A stretch of DNA of 64,000 nt. It comes from Candidatus Nomurabacteria bacterium. GTDB taxonomy: Bacteria; Patescibacteriota; Minisyncoccia; Phycocordibacterales; UBA9973. The notes beneath the pieces were generated by a model, which worked only from the letters and a program-made list of their open reading frames with translations, made no database searches and was not told where the DNA came from. Positions within the stretch are counted from its first letter, which is position 1; each line of letters opens with the position of its first letter. The stretch covers positions 639,916-703,915 of the forward strand of contig CP064973.1 of NCBI GenBank assembly GCA_016699365.1, read 5' to 3'. The translations under genes and the position numbers were made by a program. This document shows, in pieces, positions 11,233 through 21,759 of this stretch.

Positions 11233-11451
11233 TTATCTAATTACTTGCTTACAGTAGTCCAGAGGATTATTTCTTTCTATTTTACCTATATTTATCCAAT
11301 CAATTTCTTTTGATATATTAGTAATGCATTCCTCATACGCCTTAAAAATAATCTTTTGATTAAAATAAAATCCAATAATTGCACAAATTCCAAAAAACAC
11401 TGGTAATCCAAGAATAAAAATTTTAAAAATAATATCTTTATAATTTTTCAT
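11233..11451 (-). CDS. hypothetical small membrane protein (72 aa)
   Basis: ORF inside the atp operon, one TM helix. Confidence 0.3.
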   Translation of the reverse strand: MKNYKDIIFKIFILGLPVFFGICAIIGFYFNQKIIFKAYEECITNISKEIDWINIGKIERNNPLDYCKQVIR

Positions 11452-11459
11452 AAAAATAA

Positions 11460-12962
11460 TTAATTAAACGTACTCTTAAAACTCTCAATTGTTTCTTTTA
11501 ATTTAGCTTCACTTGCATCCTCCCACATTTTCTTCTCAACAACATCAGCAATAAATTCTTTACAGTTTGCTTCTACATAGTCGATAAGCCCTGCTTCAAA
11601 TTCCTTGATCTTTGCTACAGGGATCGTGTCCATATATCCACGTGTGAGTGCGTAGAGAGATACCACTTGGTGCTGGACGAGCATTGGTGAGTATTGTGTT
11701 TGCTTCAATAGTTCAACTGCGCGACGTCCGCGTTCGATTTGGTTACGAGTGGCTTGGTCGAGGTCTGAACCGAATTGTGAGAACGCTTCGAGTTCACGGA
11801 ACTGTGCAAGGTCGAGCTTGAGTGTACCTGCAACTTTCTTCATAGCTTTGATTTGAGCAGAACCTCCCACACGTGACACAGAGAATCCGACGTTGACCGC
11901 AGGACGTACACCTTTGTAGAAAAGATCGGTTTCCAAGAATATTTGTCCGTCAGTAATAGAGATCACGTTTGTTGGGATGTATGCAGAGATGTCTCCAGCT
12001 TGAGTTTCGATGATAGGAAGAGCTGTGATAGATCCGCCTCCGTGTTCCTTGTTTCGTCGACACGCACGCTCCAAAAGTCGTGAGTGAAGGTAGAAAACAT
12101 CTCCAGGATACGCTTCACGTCCTGGTGGACGGCGAAGAAGAAGTGAGATTTCGCGATATGCAACTGCATGCTTTGAAAGATCATCGTAGATAATGAGTAC
12201 GTCTTGTCCTTTGTGCATGAAGTATTCTGCAACAGTCACACCTGCGTACGGTGCAAGGTATTGCATCGGAGATGGATCAGATGCTCCAGCTGAGACGATA
12301 ACAGTGTAGTCCATCGCCCCTGCTTCACGTAGACGAGTCTCGAGTGCGCGAAGTTTTGAATCTTTTTGTCCGATAGCGACATACACACAAGTCATATTCT
12401 GACCACGCTGGTTTAGTATTGCATCGATAGCAATAGCGGTCTTTCCAGTTTGACGGTCACCGATAATAAGTTCGCGCTGTCCTCGTCCAACTGGTACGAG
12501 TGCGTCGATAGCCTTGATACCTGTTTGCACTGGTTGGTCGACTGACTGTCGTGAGATAACACCCGGAGCAACAGATTCGATAGGCATTGTTTTTTCAACT
12601 TTAAAATCACCCTTACCATCGATTGGCTTTCCAAGTGGATCAACAACACGTCCAATAATACTGTCGCCTACTCCGATTTCAAGAATACGCCCTGTAAGAC
12701 GAACTTCCTGGCCTTCTTTGATACCAGTCTGACTTCCTAGGACGATAATACCCACTGTGTCGTCTTCAAGGTTTAGAGCAACACCAGTTGCACCACCTTC
12801 AAAAGTAACCATTTCTGACATTTTAACTCCACGAAGACCAGACACGCGCGCGATACCGTCACCGACTTCGAGCACTGTTCCGATTTCTTCACGAGTAACA
12901 TCACCATGGAAACCGGCGATTTCACTTTTCAATTGTTCAATTATGTGTTTTGTGTTGGACAT
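11460..12962 (-). CDS. atpA: F1Fo ATP synthase subunit alpha
   Basis: Walker [14 protein letters not shown], 500 aa. Confidence 0.95.
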   Translation of the reverse strand: MSNTKHIIEQLKSEIAGFHGDVTREEIGTVLEVGDGIARVSGLRGVKMSEMVTFEGGATGVALNLEDDTVGIIVLGSQTGIKEGQEVRLTGRILEIGVGDSIIGRVVDPLGKPIDGKGDFKVEKTMPIESVAPGVISRQSVDQPVQTGIKAIDALVPVGRGQRELIIGDRQTGKTAIAIDAILNQRGQNMTCVYVAIGQKDSKLRALETRLREAGAMDYTVIVSAGASDPSPMQYLAPYAGVTVAEYFMHKGQDVLIIYDDLSKHAVAYREISLLLRRPPGREAYPGDVFYLHSRLLERACRRNKEHGGGSITALPIIETQAGDISAYIPTNVISITDGQIFLETDLFYKGVRPAVNVGFSVSRVGGSAQIKAMKKVAGTLKLDLAQFRELEAFSQFGSDLDQATRNQIERGRRAVELLKQTQYSPMLVQHQVVSLYALTRGYMDTIPVAKIKEFEAGLIDYVEANCKEFIADVVEKKMWEDASEAKLKETIESFKSTFN

Positions 12963-12966
12963 ATGT

Positions 12967-13371
12967 TTATTTGGTTAGTGCTTGTCTAAATCTGTTTATT
13001 CGACCACTCAAGCTTGCGTCAATCAGGTACTCGTTTGTTTTTACTTTCCATCCCGCAAGAAGTGTTTTGTCTATTTTTTTATCTACTTCTACATCATCTG
13101 CTCCTACTTCTTTTTTAAAAATGCGAATTATTTCTTTTTCATGAGACTCGGATATTTTTTCAGGAGTTATAAGTTTCGCATACACTATCTTTTGTTGACC
13201 CGATGCGATTTTCTCAAATTTGGTAAGTATACTACCAAGCTTACCGAGCATCTTTCTTTTTTTTAGAAATCGCGCGTATGTATGTACTATCTTTGATACA
13301 TCTTCTACGCTATGTCCTTTTGATACTTCGTACAAAATATCAGCGTATTCTGTTGTGCTGTGTTTTTTCAT
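12967..13371 (-). CDS. atpH: F1Fo ATP synthase subunit delta (short form)
   Basis: C-terminal OSCP-like [33 protein letters not shown]. Sits in the canonical position between atpF and atpA. Confidence 0.65.
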   Translation of the reverse strand: MKKHSTTEYADILYEVSKGHSVEDVSKIVHTYARFLKKRKMLGKLGSILTKFEKIASGQQKIVYAKLITPEKISESHEKEIIRIFKKEVGADDVEVDKKIDKTLLAGWKVKTNEYLIDASLSGRINRFRQALTK

Positions 13372-13373
13372 CC

Positions 13374-13871
13374 TTAATTAAATTCTTTTACTGCTTCATC
13401 TGATATTTTTGATTTGATTTTTTCATCCATAACAGTGCCCAGTATCTTTTCTGCACTAGATACTACTAAGTTCGCCAATTCTTTTTTGGCTTCAACTATC
13501 ATCTTTGCTTTCTCTGCTTCTAATTCCATACGGCCGTTTTCAACTAGCTTCTGTGAATCAAGAGTTGCTTTTACTATCAGATCCTCACGGACTCTCTCTG
13601 CATCCCTCTTTGCCTCTGATAAGAGAACCTGCGACTCCTTGCGAGCTTCGGCTATAACTTTCTTGTATTCTTCTTCAGTTTCAGAAAGAAGTTCTTTGTG
13701 CTTTTTTGCATCAGTAAGACCACTTGCAATCTTTACGCTTCGTTCATCCATGAGCTTACCGAGAGGCTTGATTGCAAACTTGTATAAAACAATAATCACA
13801 ATCGCAAAGTTCACCATCTGCGCAATGATAAGTTTCCAGTCTATATGAAATGTGTCTATAAGTGCGTCCAT
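13374..13871 (-). CDS. atpF: F1Fo ATP synthase subunit b
   Basis: N-terminal TM followed by a long charged helix. Canonical operon position. Confidence 0.75.
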   Translation of the reverse strand: MDALIDTFHIDWKLIIAQMVNFAIVIIVLYKFAIKPLGKLMDERSVKIASGLTDAKKHKELLSETEEEYKKVIAEARKESQVLLSEAKRDAERVREDLIVKATLDSQKLVENGRMELEAEKAKMIVEAKKELANLVVSSAEKILGTVMDEKIKSKISDEAVKEFN

Positions 13872-13887
13872 TTTTATTTAAATTAAT

Positions 13888-14205
13888 TTATACTTCTCCG
13901 TAATAATCTTTAACTCTTTTTACAAATTCTTCGATATCGTCTTTATGCAACATATAATCATGATATGAACCAGTCCCTGTACCATTTTTATCGAAAACAT
14001 TTTTAAAATTTAAACCCTCACCAAGAAACTCATACTCTGAATCAAGTTTGTCGACAAGTCTACTTATGTATTCAGTATCTCTACCACCCAGAAGTCTGTA
14101 GGCTATATCAGCAAGCTTTACAAAACCCTCTTCATCATATACTAGGCCTTCTTTTGTAAAATTTTTATTTGTCTCGTTTTCTCTAACCATAATATTAGTC
14201 TGCAA
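13888..14205 (-). CDS. hypothetical soluble protein inserted between atpE and atpF
   Basis: 105-aa ORF with no TM segment and no recognisable motif. Confidence 0.4.
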   Translation of the reverse strand: MQTNIMVRENETNKNFTKEGLVYDEEGFVKLADIAYRLLGGRDTEYISRLVDKLDSEYEFLGEGLNFKNVFDKNGTGTGSYHDYMLHKDDIEEFVKRVKDYYGEV

Positions 14206-14269
14206 TTAGCAGGTACAGATCTACGATCTTGATTGATAGGACCATGATCGTAAACCTAAAATCTACTAA

Positions 14270-14536
<267 letters not shown>

Positions 14537-14566
14537 CTACGATATTCATAGAGTATGCGCAAACAC

Positions 14567-15490
14567 CTATGCGTGTACTTGCTTTGGTGACTCATGATGT
14601 TCGTGCTCGTGCTCATCATGATCTTGTGATGCAATAGTAAAGTATACGAGCGTAAGCATTGAAAATATCAAAGCCTGTATTACACCAACTAGTATTTCTA
14701 AAAACAAAAATGGTACTGGTACGGCATATGCAACAAGCGCTGCCATAGATGCGAGCAAGACTTCTCCTGCAAATACGTTTCCAAACAAACGAAAAGATAG
14801 AGATGCTATTTTTGCAAATTCACCTATTATCTCAAGCACTCCAACAAAGAATGTAATTGGCGCAACAATCAAAATGGTTGGTTCGTGGCGAACCTTTGTA
14901 AATATATGCCCCAATGCCTTTAAATTAACATATTTGTTGAACATTTTCCACCCACCTATTGTGATGATACCGAAAATATTTGCACCAATAACTGCTATTA
15001 TCGCAAGAGCAATTGTCGTGTTTATGTCTGCTGTTCCGCCACGTAAAAATGGCACAAGAAGGTTCTCTCCGTGATGCTCTACAACCTGACCAACAGAACC
15101 TGAACCAGGTAAAATTCCTAGCCAGTTGTTTATAAGAACGAAGAAGAAAAGTGATATAGATAATGGAAAAACTTTTTTAGTAAGTTTGCGATCATTTGTA
15201 ACCTGATCTGCTAGACTAAGCGCTCCTTCTACTATGATTTCAAAAATATTTTGTAATTTTCCTGGAACTTCTTTTAGATTTTTTCTTAATAGAACTGACA
15301 ATATTACAATTATCAAAACAGCACCCCAAGAAGTTACAAGAGAATTTGTAATAGGAAATTCTTTTATACTTCCAATAGGCTCTGCAAAGAGAGTTATTTC
15401 GTGAACAATCTCCTCGCTATGCGAAGTAGATGATTCATCCAATATTTCCAATTCAGTATTTATATTGGTTGTTTCTGTAGCTACTGACAT
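14567..15490 (-). CDS. atpB: F1Fo ATP synthase subunit a, with C-terminal His/Glu-rich tail
   Basis: Conserved Arg region LSFRLFGNVFAGEVLL. The tail HDEHEHEHHESPKQVHA was read directly. Confidence 0.9.
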   Translation of the reverse strand: MSVATETTNINTELEILDESSTSHSEEIVHEITLFAEPIGSIKEFPITNSLVTSWGAVLIIVILSVLLRKNLKEVPGKLQNIFEIIVEGALSLADQVTNDRKLTKKVFPLSISLFFFVLINNWLGILPGSGSVGQVVEHHGENLLVPFLRGGTADINTTIALAIIAVIGANIFGIITIGGWKMFNKYVNLKALGHIFTKVRHEPTILIVAPITFFVGVLEIIGEFAKIASLSFRLFGNVFAGEVLLASMAALVAYAVPVPFLFLEILVGVIQALIFSMLTLVYFTIASQDHDEHEHEHHESPKQVHA

Positions 15491-15491
15491 T

Positions 15492-15779
15492 TTATTTTAT
15501 TTCTAAATTAACTTTATTCTCATTTTCAATATCTGCAATCGCCTTCTTGGACTCTCTGACTATAAAAATTAGAGAACTAACAAAAGCTAGGGCAATAAGA
15601 GAAAAGAAAAAAGTTCTACCTGTAGAAAAATAATTGTCCAAGAATTTACCTAGTAGAACCGCAATAATTATCGGACCGGCTATATAGCCTGATACTCGAA
15701 CAAAAAACAAAACAGCCCCGCGCCACCAAATAGTATTATTTTTTTTATCCTTTTCTATTTGTGTACTGTTTTGATCCAT
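15492..15779 (-). CDS. AtpZ/AtpI-like small membrane protein
   Basis: 95 aa, 2 TM, immediately upstream of atpB as AtpI/AtpZ proteins are. Sequence similarity was not verified. Confidence 0.4.
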   Translation of the reverse strand: MDQNSTQIEKDKKNNTIWWRGAVLFFVRVSGYIAGPIIIAVLLGKFLDNYFSTGRTFFFSLIALAFVSSLIFIVRESKKAIADIENENKVNLEIK

Positions 15780-15855
15780 TATTTATTTGAATAGTTTAAT
15801 TTTTTGTTTTTTATTACTGTCATTGTGATCACAGATAATTTACTCGTCACCACTC

Positions 15856-15935
15856 GTAAATTTCTGCGATCCCGCCTCCTCGACCCCGTCGGGTCTGCGG
15901 CTCTCACAATGTGCCCCACACATTGTGAGCGTGGA
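15856..15935 (-). other. GC-rich structured trailer 3' of tRNA-Ile (11-bp stem CTCACAATGTG/CACATTGTGAG, GNRA-like hairpin GACCC-GACG-GGGTC, AATTTAC/GTAAATT stem)
   Basis: Read directly. A local GC spike in an AT-rich genome. The first stem shares nucleotides with the tRNA 3' acceptor strand. Confidence 0.35.
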
Positions 15936-15997
15936 TGGAATCGGACCATCGACCTCTGTCTTATCAGGACAGCGTTCTACCACTGAACTACACGCTC
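15926..15997 (-). tRNA. tRNA-Ile (anticodon GAU), 72 nt, CCA not encoded
   Basis: Manual fold of the minus strand. The acceptor stem GAGCGTG/CACGCTC is perfect. D-arm is GTTC-AGTGGTA-GAAC. Anticodon arm is CTGTC-CTGATAA-GACAG. T-arm is GATGG-TCCGATT-CCATC, with an atypical C at position 55. Discriminator is A. Confidence 0.8.
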
Positions 15998-16063
15998 AAA
16001 ACCCAATCTTTGAATTAAAAATGCCAAATGACTGGCGAAAAAACTATAGCAAAAAAAGCTCAT

Positions 16064-16094
16064 ATTAGCAAACAAAAAACCCTCACTTTCGTAA
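16064..16094 (-). terminator. intrinsic terminator downstream of the RRM-protein gene
   Basis: AAAACCCTTAC-GAAAG-TGAGGGTTTT followed by a T-run on the minus strand. Confidence 0.55.
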
Positions 16095-16113
16095 GGGTTT
16101 TTTGTATAAAAGC

Positions 16114-16422
16114 TTAGAACTCGCGTCTTTGTGGTCTGAAACCTCCTGAGCGTGCTCCGCCTTGTGGTCTATCACCTAGAGGACGTGCTTCGCTAACAGT
16201 TAGATTGCGTCCACCGAAATCTTTGCCGTTAAACATTTGGATAGCAGAATCTGCATCTGCGTCTTGATCCATCTCAACAAAGCCGAAACCTTTTGAGCGA
16301 CCAGACATCTTATCCATGATAATTGTTGCAGATAGAACTGCTCCTGCTTGCTCAAAATGTGATTTGAGCTCGTTGTCAGTTGTACTATAAGGTAAACCTC
16401 CAACGTATAATTTTTTTGCCAT
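16114..16422 (-). CDS. RRM-type RNA-binding protein (RNP1/RNP2) with Gly/Arg-rich tail
   Basis: RNP2 LYVGGLPY, RNP1 KGFGFVEM, C-terminal RPQGGARSGGFRPQRREF. Start reset to MAKKLYVGGL. Confidence 0.8.
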   Translation of the reverse strand: MAKKLYVGGLPYSTTDNELKSHFEQAGAVLSATIIMDKMSGRSKGFGFVEMDQDADADSAIQMFNGKDFGGRNLTVSEARPLGDRPQGGARSGGFRPQRREF

Positions 16423-16604
16423 ACATTGCATCACGCTCCCATCTTGCGATAGTGCGGACAAACTACTCTAGGAAACCTAGAAATTAATAAAGTACTCACA
16501 GCACTGTTACTTAAAACGTTGAGGTTTAACCCCCGAAACGAACAAGACTAACTAGACGCGAGAATACGTTTAGAAATATACCACAGTTGTATTAAATGAA
16601 CAAG

Positions 16605-17576
16605 TTATTCCTCTTCCGCATCTCCTACGGTTCCTGACATAAGACTATCTACAATCTTATCAATATTTCCAAGCATTATGTTCGGTATATTAGACCAAGA
16701 CTGCCTAATGCGATGATCTGTAACACGATCTTGTGGGAAGTTGTATGTGCGAATTTTCTCACTTCTATCCCCTGTTCCAATCTGACTTTTTCTATCTGCT
16801 GAATATTTTTTTGCATCCTCTTCTTCTTTCATTTGCTCCAATTTTGCCGACAAAATAGTAAGAGCTTTCTCGCGATTCTTCAACTGAGTTCTTTCAGAAG
16901 TACATCTCACATCTATTCCTGTAGGTTTATGGATAAGACGAACTGCAGTCTCAACCTTGTTTACGTTTTGTCCTCCAGCTCCTCCTGAACGGGAATATTC
17001 CATATCTAAGTCTGCCAAATTAATTTGGAATTTAATCTTCTTTTTTATAGGCAATACTGCAACAGAAGCAGTTGAGGTGTGTATTCGTCCATTCTTTTCG
17101 GTAGCAGGAACACGTTGAACTCTATGAACCCCAGTTTCATAACGAAGTTTTTTATATACATCATTACCCCTAATCTCGAAAGAGGCTTCTTTGTAGCCAC
17201 CAGTATCATTCATTGATTCATAGTTTTTTGTCCAACTCCAGCCTTCTTTTGCTGCGTATCGTTCATACATTTCAGCAAGCTGAAATGCAAACAACGAAGC
17301 TTCGTCACCTCCTGCTCCAGCTCTAACTTCAAGTACGATTTCATTTGGGAATTCCTCTTCTTCAACTTCTCGCGCGAGTATTGATTCGATCTGTTTAAAT
17401 AAACCCTCTTTTTCTATACGAAGTGTTTCAAGGTCGTTTTCTGCAAGTTCTTTTAGACTCGGATCAGAATCAAGCAACTCTTTTACAGATGCTTCGTTCT
17501 CCTCGATACGCTCAAGACTTTCAATTAGAAAACTTGTTTTGTAATCCTTCTTCAATTCTTCTCGATTTATTTCCAT
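16605..17576 (-). CDS. prfA: peptide chain release factor 1
   Basis: GGQ motif [11 protein letters not shown] and the RF1-specific PAT tripeptide in [12 protein letters not shown]. No programmed frameshift. Confidence 0.9.
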   Translation of the reverse strand: MEINREELKKDYKTSFLIESLERIEENEASVKELLDSDPSLKELAENDLETLRIEKEGLFKQIESILAREVEEEEFPNEIVLEVRAGAGGDEASLFAFQLAEMYERYAAKEGWSWTKNYESMNDTGGYKEASFEIRGNDVYKKLRYETGVHRVQRVPATEKNGRIHTSTASVAVLPIKKKIKFQINLADLDMEYSRSGGAGGQNVNKVETAVRLIHKPTGIDVRCTSERTQLKNREKALTILSAKLEQMKEEEDAKKYSADRKSQIGTGDRSEKIRTYNFPQDRVTDHRIRQSWSNIPNIMLGNIDKIVDSLMSGTVGDAEEE

Positions 17577-17647
17577 AGACTTATATTAACGTCCTAAATA
17601 CAAAAAAGAAACCCTTTTGGCCTCTTTTTTGTATAAATTAATTTTAG

Positions 17648-17863
17648 TTATTTTTTTGCAGCACTTTTTAGAGCACGCTTCTTGAATCTATCAACACGTC
17701 CAGCCGTATCTAGAACCTTTTCAGTTCCAGTAAAGTATGGGTGACATTGACTACAGATTTCAACAGTAATTGCTTCTTTTGTTGAGCCTACAGGAAAAGA
17801 CGCTCCGCATGCGCAAGAAACAAGTGCGTTTGTATAGTGTGTTGGGTGTATGTCTTTCTTCAT
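17648..17863 (-). CDS. rpmE: 50S ribosomal protein L31
   Basis: [10 protein letters not shown]...[13 protein letters not shown]...[10 protein letters not shown] is the L31 zinc-ribbon. Start reset to MKKDIHP. Confidence 0.85.
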   Translation of the reverse strand: MKKDIHPTHYTNALVSCACGASFPVGSTKEAITVEICSQCHPYFTGTEKVLDTAGRVDRFKKRALKSAAKK

Positions 17864-17885
17864 ATCTGAGTACAATAGCACGATT

Positions 17886-19268
17886 TTATAAACCTTGCAA
17901 CGGGTCTATCATAGTTTCTTGGATAGTAGCCGCCTTGACCATAACCTGGTTTCCATAGAAGGAGTTTGCTGGTGAAGCTGCGTCACAAGATCTTCCAGAA
18001 TAGTATCTACAAGCAGCATTTCTTTCAGCTGTATAGGTTTTTGCATTTGCACCCAAATCTCCTAGATATATAGATGAAGCCATAAAAGCATCAGCTGGAT
18101 TCCATGGGTCAGGTACAGTTTTTCCTACAGCAGCACCGATTCTAGCCTGAAATAGCGCCCATGTTGAAGGTATAAACTGCGCAGGCCCCATAGCTCCTCC
18201 ATAACCGACTGTCCAAGGACAAGAAACTCGAGTTTTATACGGATCTCTTCCCAATGCTTTTGTAATATTCAAAAATGGAGTAACATCACGAGTTGGTTTC
18301 ATAACATTTAAAATAGTAGTTCCAGTATTTGCACCTACACCAGCCCCAGTCAAAGGATCAGACAAATAACATGAACCGACGTTTTTACCCAAGTTAGACT
18401 CCTGAGTCAAAATCGCCAACACAAAGGCTGGTCTCACACCTGTTTTCAAAGAAGCAGCCTCTGCGTATTTTAGAGCATCACCGAAAGGAATTGCACCTGT
18501 ATCACGAAGAGCAAAAAGTGCACTACGAATTTGCGCAGCTTTTTTCTGTCTCTCTGCTAGAAGTGCCTGGTATTCTTTTTCTTTGTTTTTACTAATTGAG
18601 AGAAGTTTTTGTTTCTCACTTTCAGATGTCTCAACTTTACGCTTAGCGCTTTCTATCTCTGCTTTTGCATCAAGCTCTTGATCTTGTTTCTTTCTCAACT
18701 CTTCTTTTTCATTTACAGTTATACCCTTCACCTCTTTTATCTCATCTACAGATTCTTTTATAGATTCTTGGATTGAAGAAAATGTATCTACGTCGTTATA
18801 AAAATCTGAAACAGTAGAATTTGTAAGTATCACATGCACAAAATTTGCATCATCAATTTGATGAGTCTTTCTAATTAGTTGAGCTAAAGATTCTTTAGTT
18901 TTGAAAAGTTTGTCATCTAAGTTGGTTATTGTTTTATTCTTTTCGTTTATTTCGCTCGTTAACTTACTTATAACCAAGTTTTTTGCTTTTATATTTAACT
19001 TAGCTTTTTCAATTTGAGTAGTTAGCACTTTTATGTCACCAGATATAGATGCTGACTGACCTTTTTGACTATTTAGTTCGGATGTCTTTTGGGCTATTTC
19101 TGCCTCCAGTTTGGCCAATTCTGCTTCCAAAACCTTCTTTTGGTCTTCAGCTATAGAAAGCTCTGAGGCGTAGACAGTATTTGGACCCGCCGCATAGAAA
19201 TAAGGTGATCCGACCAAGCTAATCAGAGTTAAAATCACTATTATTTTTGAGGTTATGTTCTTGAACAT
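17886..19268 (-). CDS. secreted coiled-coil protein with C-terminal lytic transglycosylase (MltB/SLT_2-like) domain
   Basis: Signal peptide [20 protein letters not shown], ~250 aa of heptad-rich sequence, then ...[11 protein letters not shown]...[13 protein letters not shown]. The start was reset because the track ORF overlaps rplY. Confidence 0.65.
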   Translation of the reverse strand: MFKNITSKIIVILTLISLVGSPYFYAAGPNTVYASELSIAEDQKKVLEAELAKLEAEIAQKTSELNSQKGQSASISGDIKVLTTQIEKAKLNIKAKNLVISKLTSEINEKNKTITNLDDKLFKTKESLAQLIRKTHQIDDANFVHVILTNSTVSDFYNDVDTFSSIQESIKESVDEIKEVKGITVNEKEELRKKQDQELDAKAEIESAKRKVETSESEKQKLLSISKNKEKEYQALLAERQKKAAQIRSALFALRDTGAIPFGDALKYAEAASLKTGVRPAFVLAILTQESNLGKNVGSCYLSDPLTGAGVGANTGTTILNVMKPTRDVTPFLNITKALGRDPYKTRVSCPWTVGYGGAMGPAQFIPSTWALFQARIGAAVGKTVPDPWNPADAFMASSIYLGDLGANAKTYTAERNAACRYYSGRSCDAASPANSFYGNQVMVKAATIQETMIDPLQGL

Positions 19269-19341
19269 GTGGGTTATATTATAACATAACGAAAAACCCA
19301 CCTGTCTTGTGACAAGTGGATTTCTTTTTGGTTCAAAAATA

Positions 19342-19980
19342 TTATTCTGCTCCCTCTGCTCCTTCCTCTTCTTCTTTCTTGCCCTTCTTTTCAACTTCAA
19401 TTGCTGATAGATCGATTGGAGCTTCTTCTTTTTCTTCTTGCATAGGAGTAACTAACGCCACAACTTCATCTGGGGAAGTAACTAGAGTAACTCCACTTGG
19501 TAGAGATACATCTTTAGCGTGTATTTGATCGTCGAGAGTCTTTAGAACACTCAAGTCTACGCGCAATTCTTGTGGTAAATCTTTTGGTAGAGCACTTATT
19601 TCTATTTCGTACATAACCTTTGCTAGAGTTCCTAGACCATCCTTTACAGCATCTGAAACACCTTCAAATTCTATAGGAACATTTACAGTAACAGCCTTGT
19701 TTGTATCGATAGCAAGAAAGTCTACGTGTATAGGAGCGCCACTAACTGGATCAGTTTGTAGATCGTGTATAAGTGTAGCAACTTCTCCATCTGGAGTTTC
19801 TAGTGTTACCTGTGAAGATTCTCCTGCTTCTCTCCATACTTTCTTAAACGCCTTCATATCTACTGTTATTTACGTTGCCTCTTTTTTGAAACCATAAAAA
19901 ACAGCTGGTATTCTACCCTCTTTTCTAATATCTATTAGTTTGTCTCCCGCCTTGCGAGCTAATGCATTAAGTTTAAACAT
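19342..19980 (-). pseudogene. rplY: 50S ribosomal protein L25/Ctc (long form) interrupted by an in-frame TAA at 19872-19870
   Basis: The N-terminal 36 codons (MFKLNALARKAGDKLIDIRKEGRIPAVFYGFKKEAT) and the 171-aa ORF are in the same frame. They are separated only by TAA. Both halves align to Thermus TL5/L25 (recalled). Confidence 0.6.
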
Positions 19981-20022
19981 ATCTGGATAGTATACTCAAA
20001 AATTAAAATTGTAAAGCTTTTC

Positions 20023-21759
20023 TTAAGAAGAATGCTGGGTTATGGGCTGTTTTGGGTCAATAATATGGGTTTCTAGGTAGTTTTTGTCCTCAAAAACCTT
20101 CTTGTGAGGATTGAATATACCTTTGGGGTCAAACGTATTTTTAACTACCTCAAAAAGAGCACAGACTTCTTTGCCATACATTTTTTTCAAAAATGGTGTA
20201 CGAATCAGGCCGTCATTGTGCTCTGCGTCTATTGAACCATGATATGAAAGCACGAGCTCGTAAACTTTCTCTGAAAGCTCTAGAATTACAGGCTTAGTTT
20301 TTGGATCATTGAAATCCATAAGTGGAATTATGTGAAAATTCCCATTACCAGCATGTCCTGCAATTGTATAAGTAATTGTAGGATATTGATTCAATAATGT
20401 GTTTAGTTTTGGGAGAAATTCTGGCAGATGTTCTGGGCGCACAATAATATCATCAATGAAAGGTGCAGTTCTCCGACCCTTAACATGCTTGCGAAGTAGT
20501 GCAAAACTATCTCTACGTATTGTCCAATATTTTTCCGCTTCTTGGATACTTTTTGTAACACGTCCACGTAATTTAAATGGAGTGAGTTTATTCAGCACAT
20601 TTCTACATTTAACATCCAATTCTTCTTCGGTGCTACCAGTGTATTCAATCAATAAAATCAATTTTGGAACGCCACCTGTGAGAACAAGCCATAACTCAGG
20701 TAGAAAAGATAAGCCAAATTTTATAGTTCCAAATAATCCTTTGGTTTTTATAAAATCCATAAAGAATCTTACAGCTAGCATAAAGGTCTTGTTGTCGTAG
20801 CTTTCTACAGACTCTGGGTTTGTCTCAAGTATTGTATCTACAATCTCGCCGAGATTGTCTAGCTTGTCTAAAAATACTACTGCCAATTTAGAAGCAGAAG
20901 GTTTTTCGACTAGATAAAAAGTTATCTCTGTGTTTATACCAAGAGTGTCCTGAGAACCAACCAAAAGTTTAGTGAGATCAAATATATTTTCCTGTTCGTT
21001 TGTATTTTTCTTTAAAACATTCCAGAGATAATACCCTGCTGAATTTTTTGAAACATTTGGTCGCGCAGCATCGATAAGCGCCTGATTGTTTTCTATTAAA
21101 TCAAAAACTTTTTTATGAATTTGACCTTCTATATCTACTTGAGCAATTTTTGAATAAAGTTCTCTGCGATTTTCTGGACCAACTGTGTATGTGTGTCCAT
21201 CAGAAAAAACAGTTCGGAGACTTGCAACATAGTCCTCAGTCTTTCCATAGCGAAGAGTTAGCTCCCCACCAGAATTATTTCCAACCATTCCTCCAACTGC
21301 GTTTATGCTTTTAGACGCCGTATAGCAAGGTAGTAAAAGATTCAATTTATCTGCTTCTATTTCAAAATCTCTATAAAAACATCCAGGTTCAACAACAGCC
21401 TTACCTACAACTGTCACCGGTTTCGCTCCAGGAAAGAGAGGTTGAATAGTAAACGGGATTACTCGTTCAATCTTTTTGATTTTATTCATGTACTTTGTAA
21501 AGTCCATGATTATAGATTCATTGAGTGGACCGCCAGACATACAAGTACCTGCCGCACGCGCAGTAAGCGAAAGATCGGGATATTTTGCCTTGTTATCGTT
21601 TACCCATTGAACCAAGTTTTCTATATCCTTTTCGTTTTTAGGAAAAACGACTAGCTTTGGGCGTACTTCGAACAAACTCGCATCGTGCGAATATTTCGTA
21701 AGTACTTCATCACTGTCTTCAACATCGCCCGCAAAAAACTTTTTTATTTCTTCTTTCAT
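20023..21759 (-). CDS. FAD-binding oxidoreductase (PCMH-type FAD_binding_4 + FAD-oxidase C; GlcD/D-lactate dehydrogenase-like)
   Basis: 578 aa with an FAD-binding PCMH segment (VVFPKNEKDIENLVQWVN...ARAAGTCMSGG). Confidence 0.65.
   Translation of the reverse strand: MKEEIKKFFAGDVEDSDEVLTKYSHDASLFEVRPKLVVFPKNEKDIENLVQWVNDNKAKYPDLSLTARAAGTCMSGGPLNESIIMDFTKYMNKIKKIERVIPFTIQPLFPGAKPVTVVGKAVVEPGCFYRDFEIEADKLNLLLPCYTASKSINAVGGMVGNNSGGELTLRYGKTEDYVASLRTVFSDGHTYTVGPENRRELYSKIAQVDIEGQIHKKVFDLIENNQALIDAARPNVSKNSAGYYLWNVLKKNTNEQENIFDLTKLLVGSQDTLGINTEITFYLVEKPSASKLAVVFLDKLDNLGEIVDTILETNPESVESYDNKTFMLAVRFFMDFIKTKGLFGTIKFGLSFLPELWLVLTGGVPKLILLIEYTGSTEEELDVKCRNVLNKLTPFKLRGRVTKSIQEAEKYWTIRRDSFALLRKHVKGRRTAPFIDDIIVRPEHLPEFLPKLNTLLNQYPTITYTIAGHAGNGNFHIIPLMDFNDPKTKPVILELSEKVYELVLSYHGSIDAEHNDGLIRTPFLKKMYGKEVCALFEVVKNTFDPKGIFNPHKKVFEDKNYLETHIIDPKQPITQHSS

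Noticed and set aside
15804-15986. 60-aa plus-strand ORF
   Set aside because: It overlaps the minus-strand tRNA-Ile and its GC-rich trailer. It is an artefact of the GC island.
16605-17576. Looked for the prfB-style programmed +1 frameshift
   Set aside because: The release factor has the RF1 PAT motif (not SPF) and a single uninterrupted frame.
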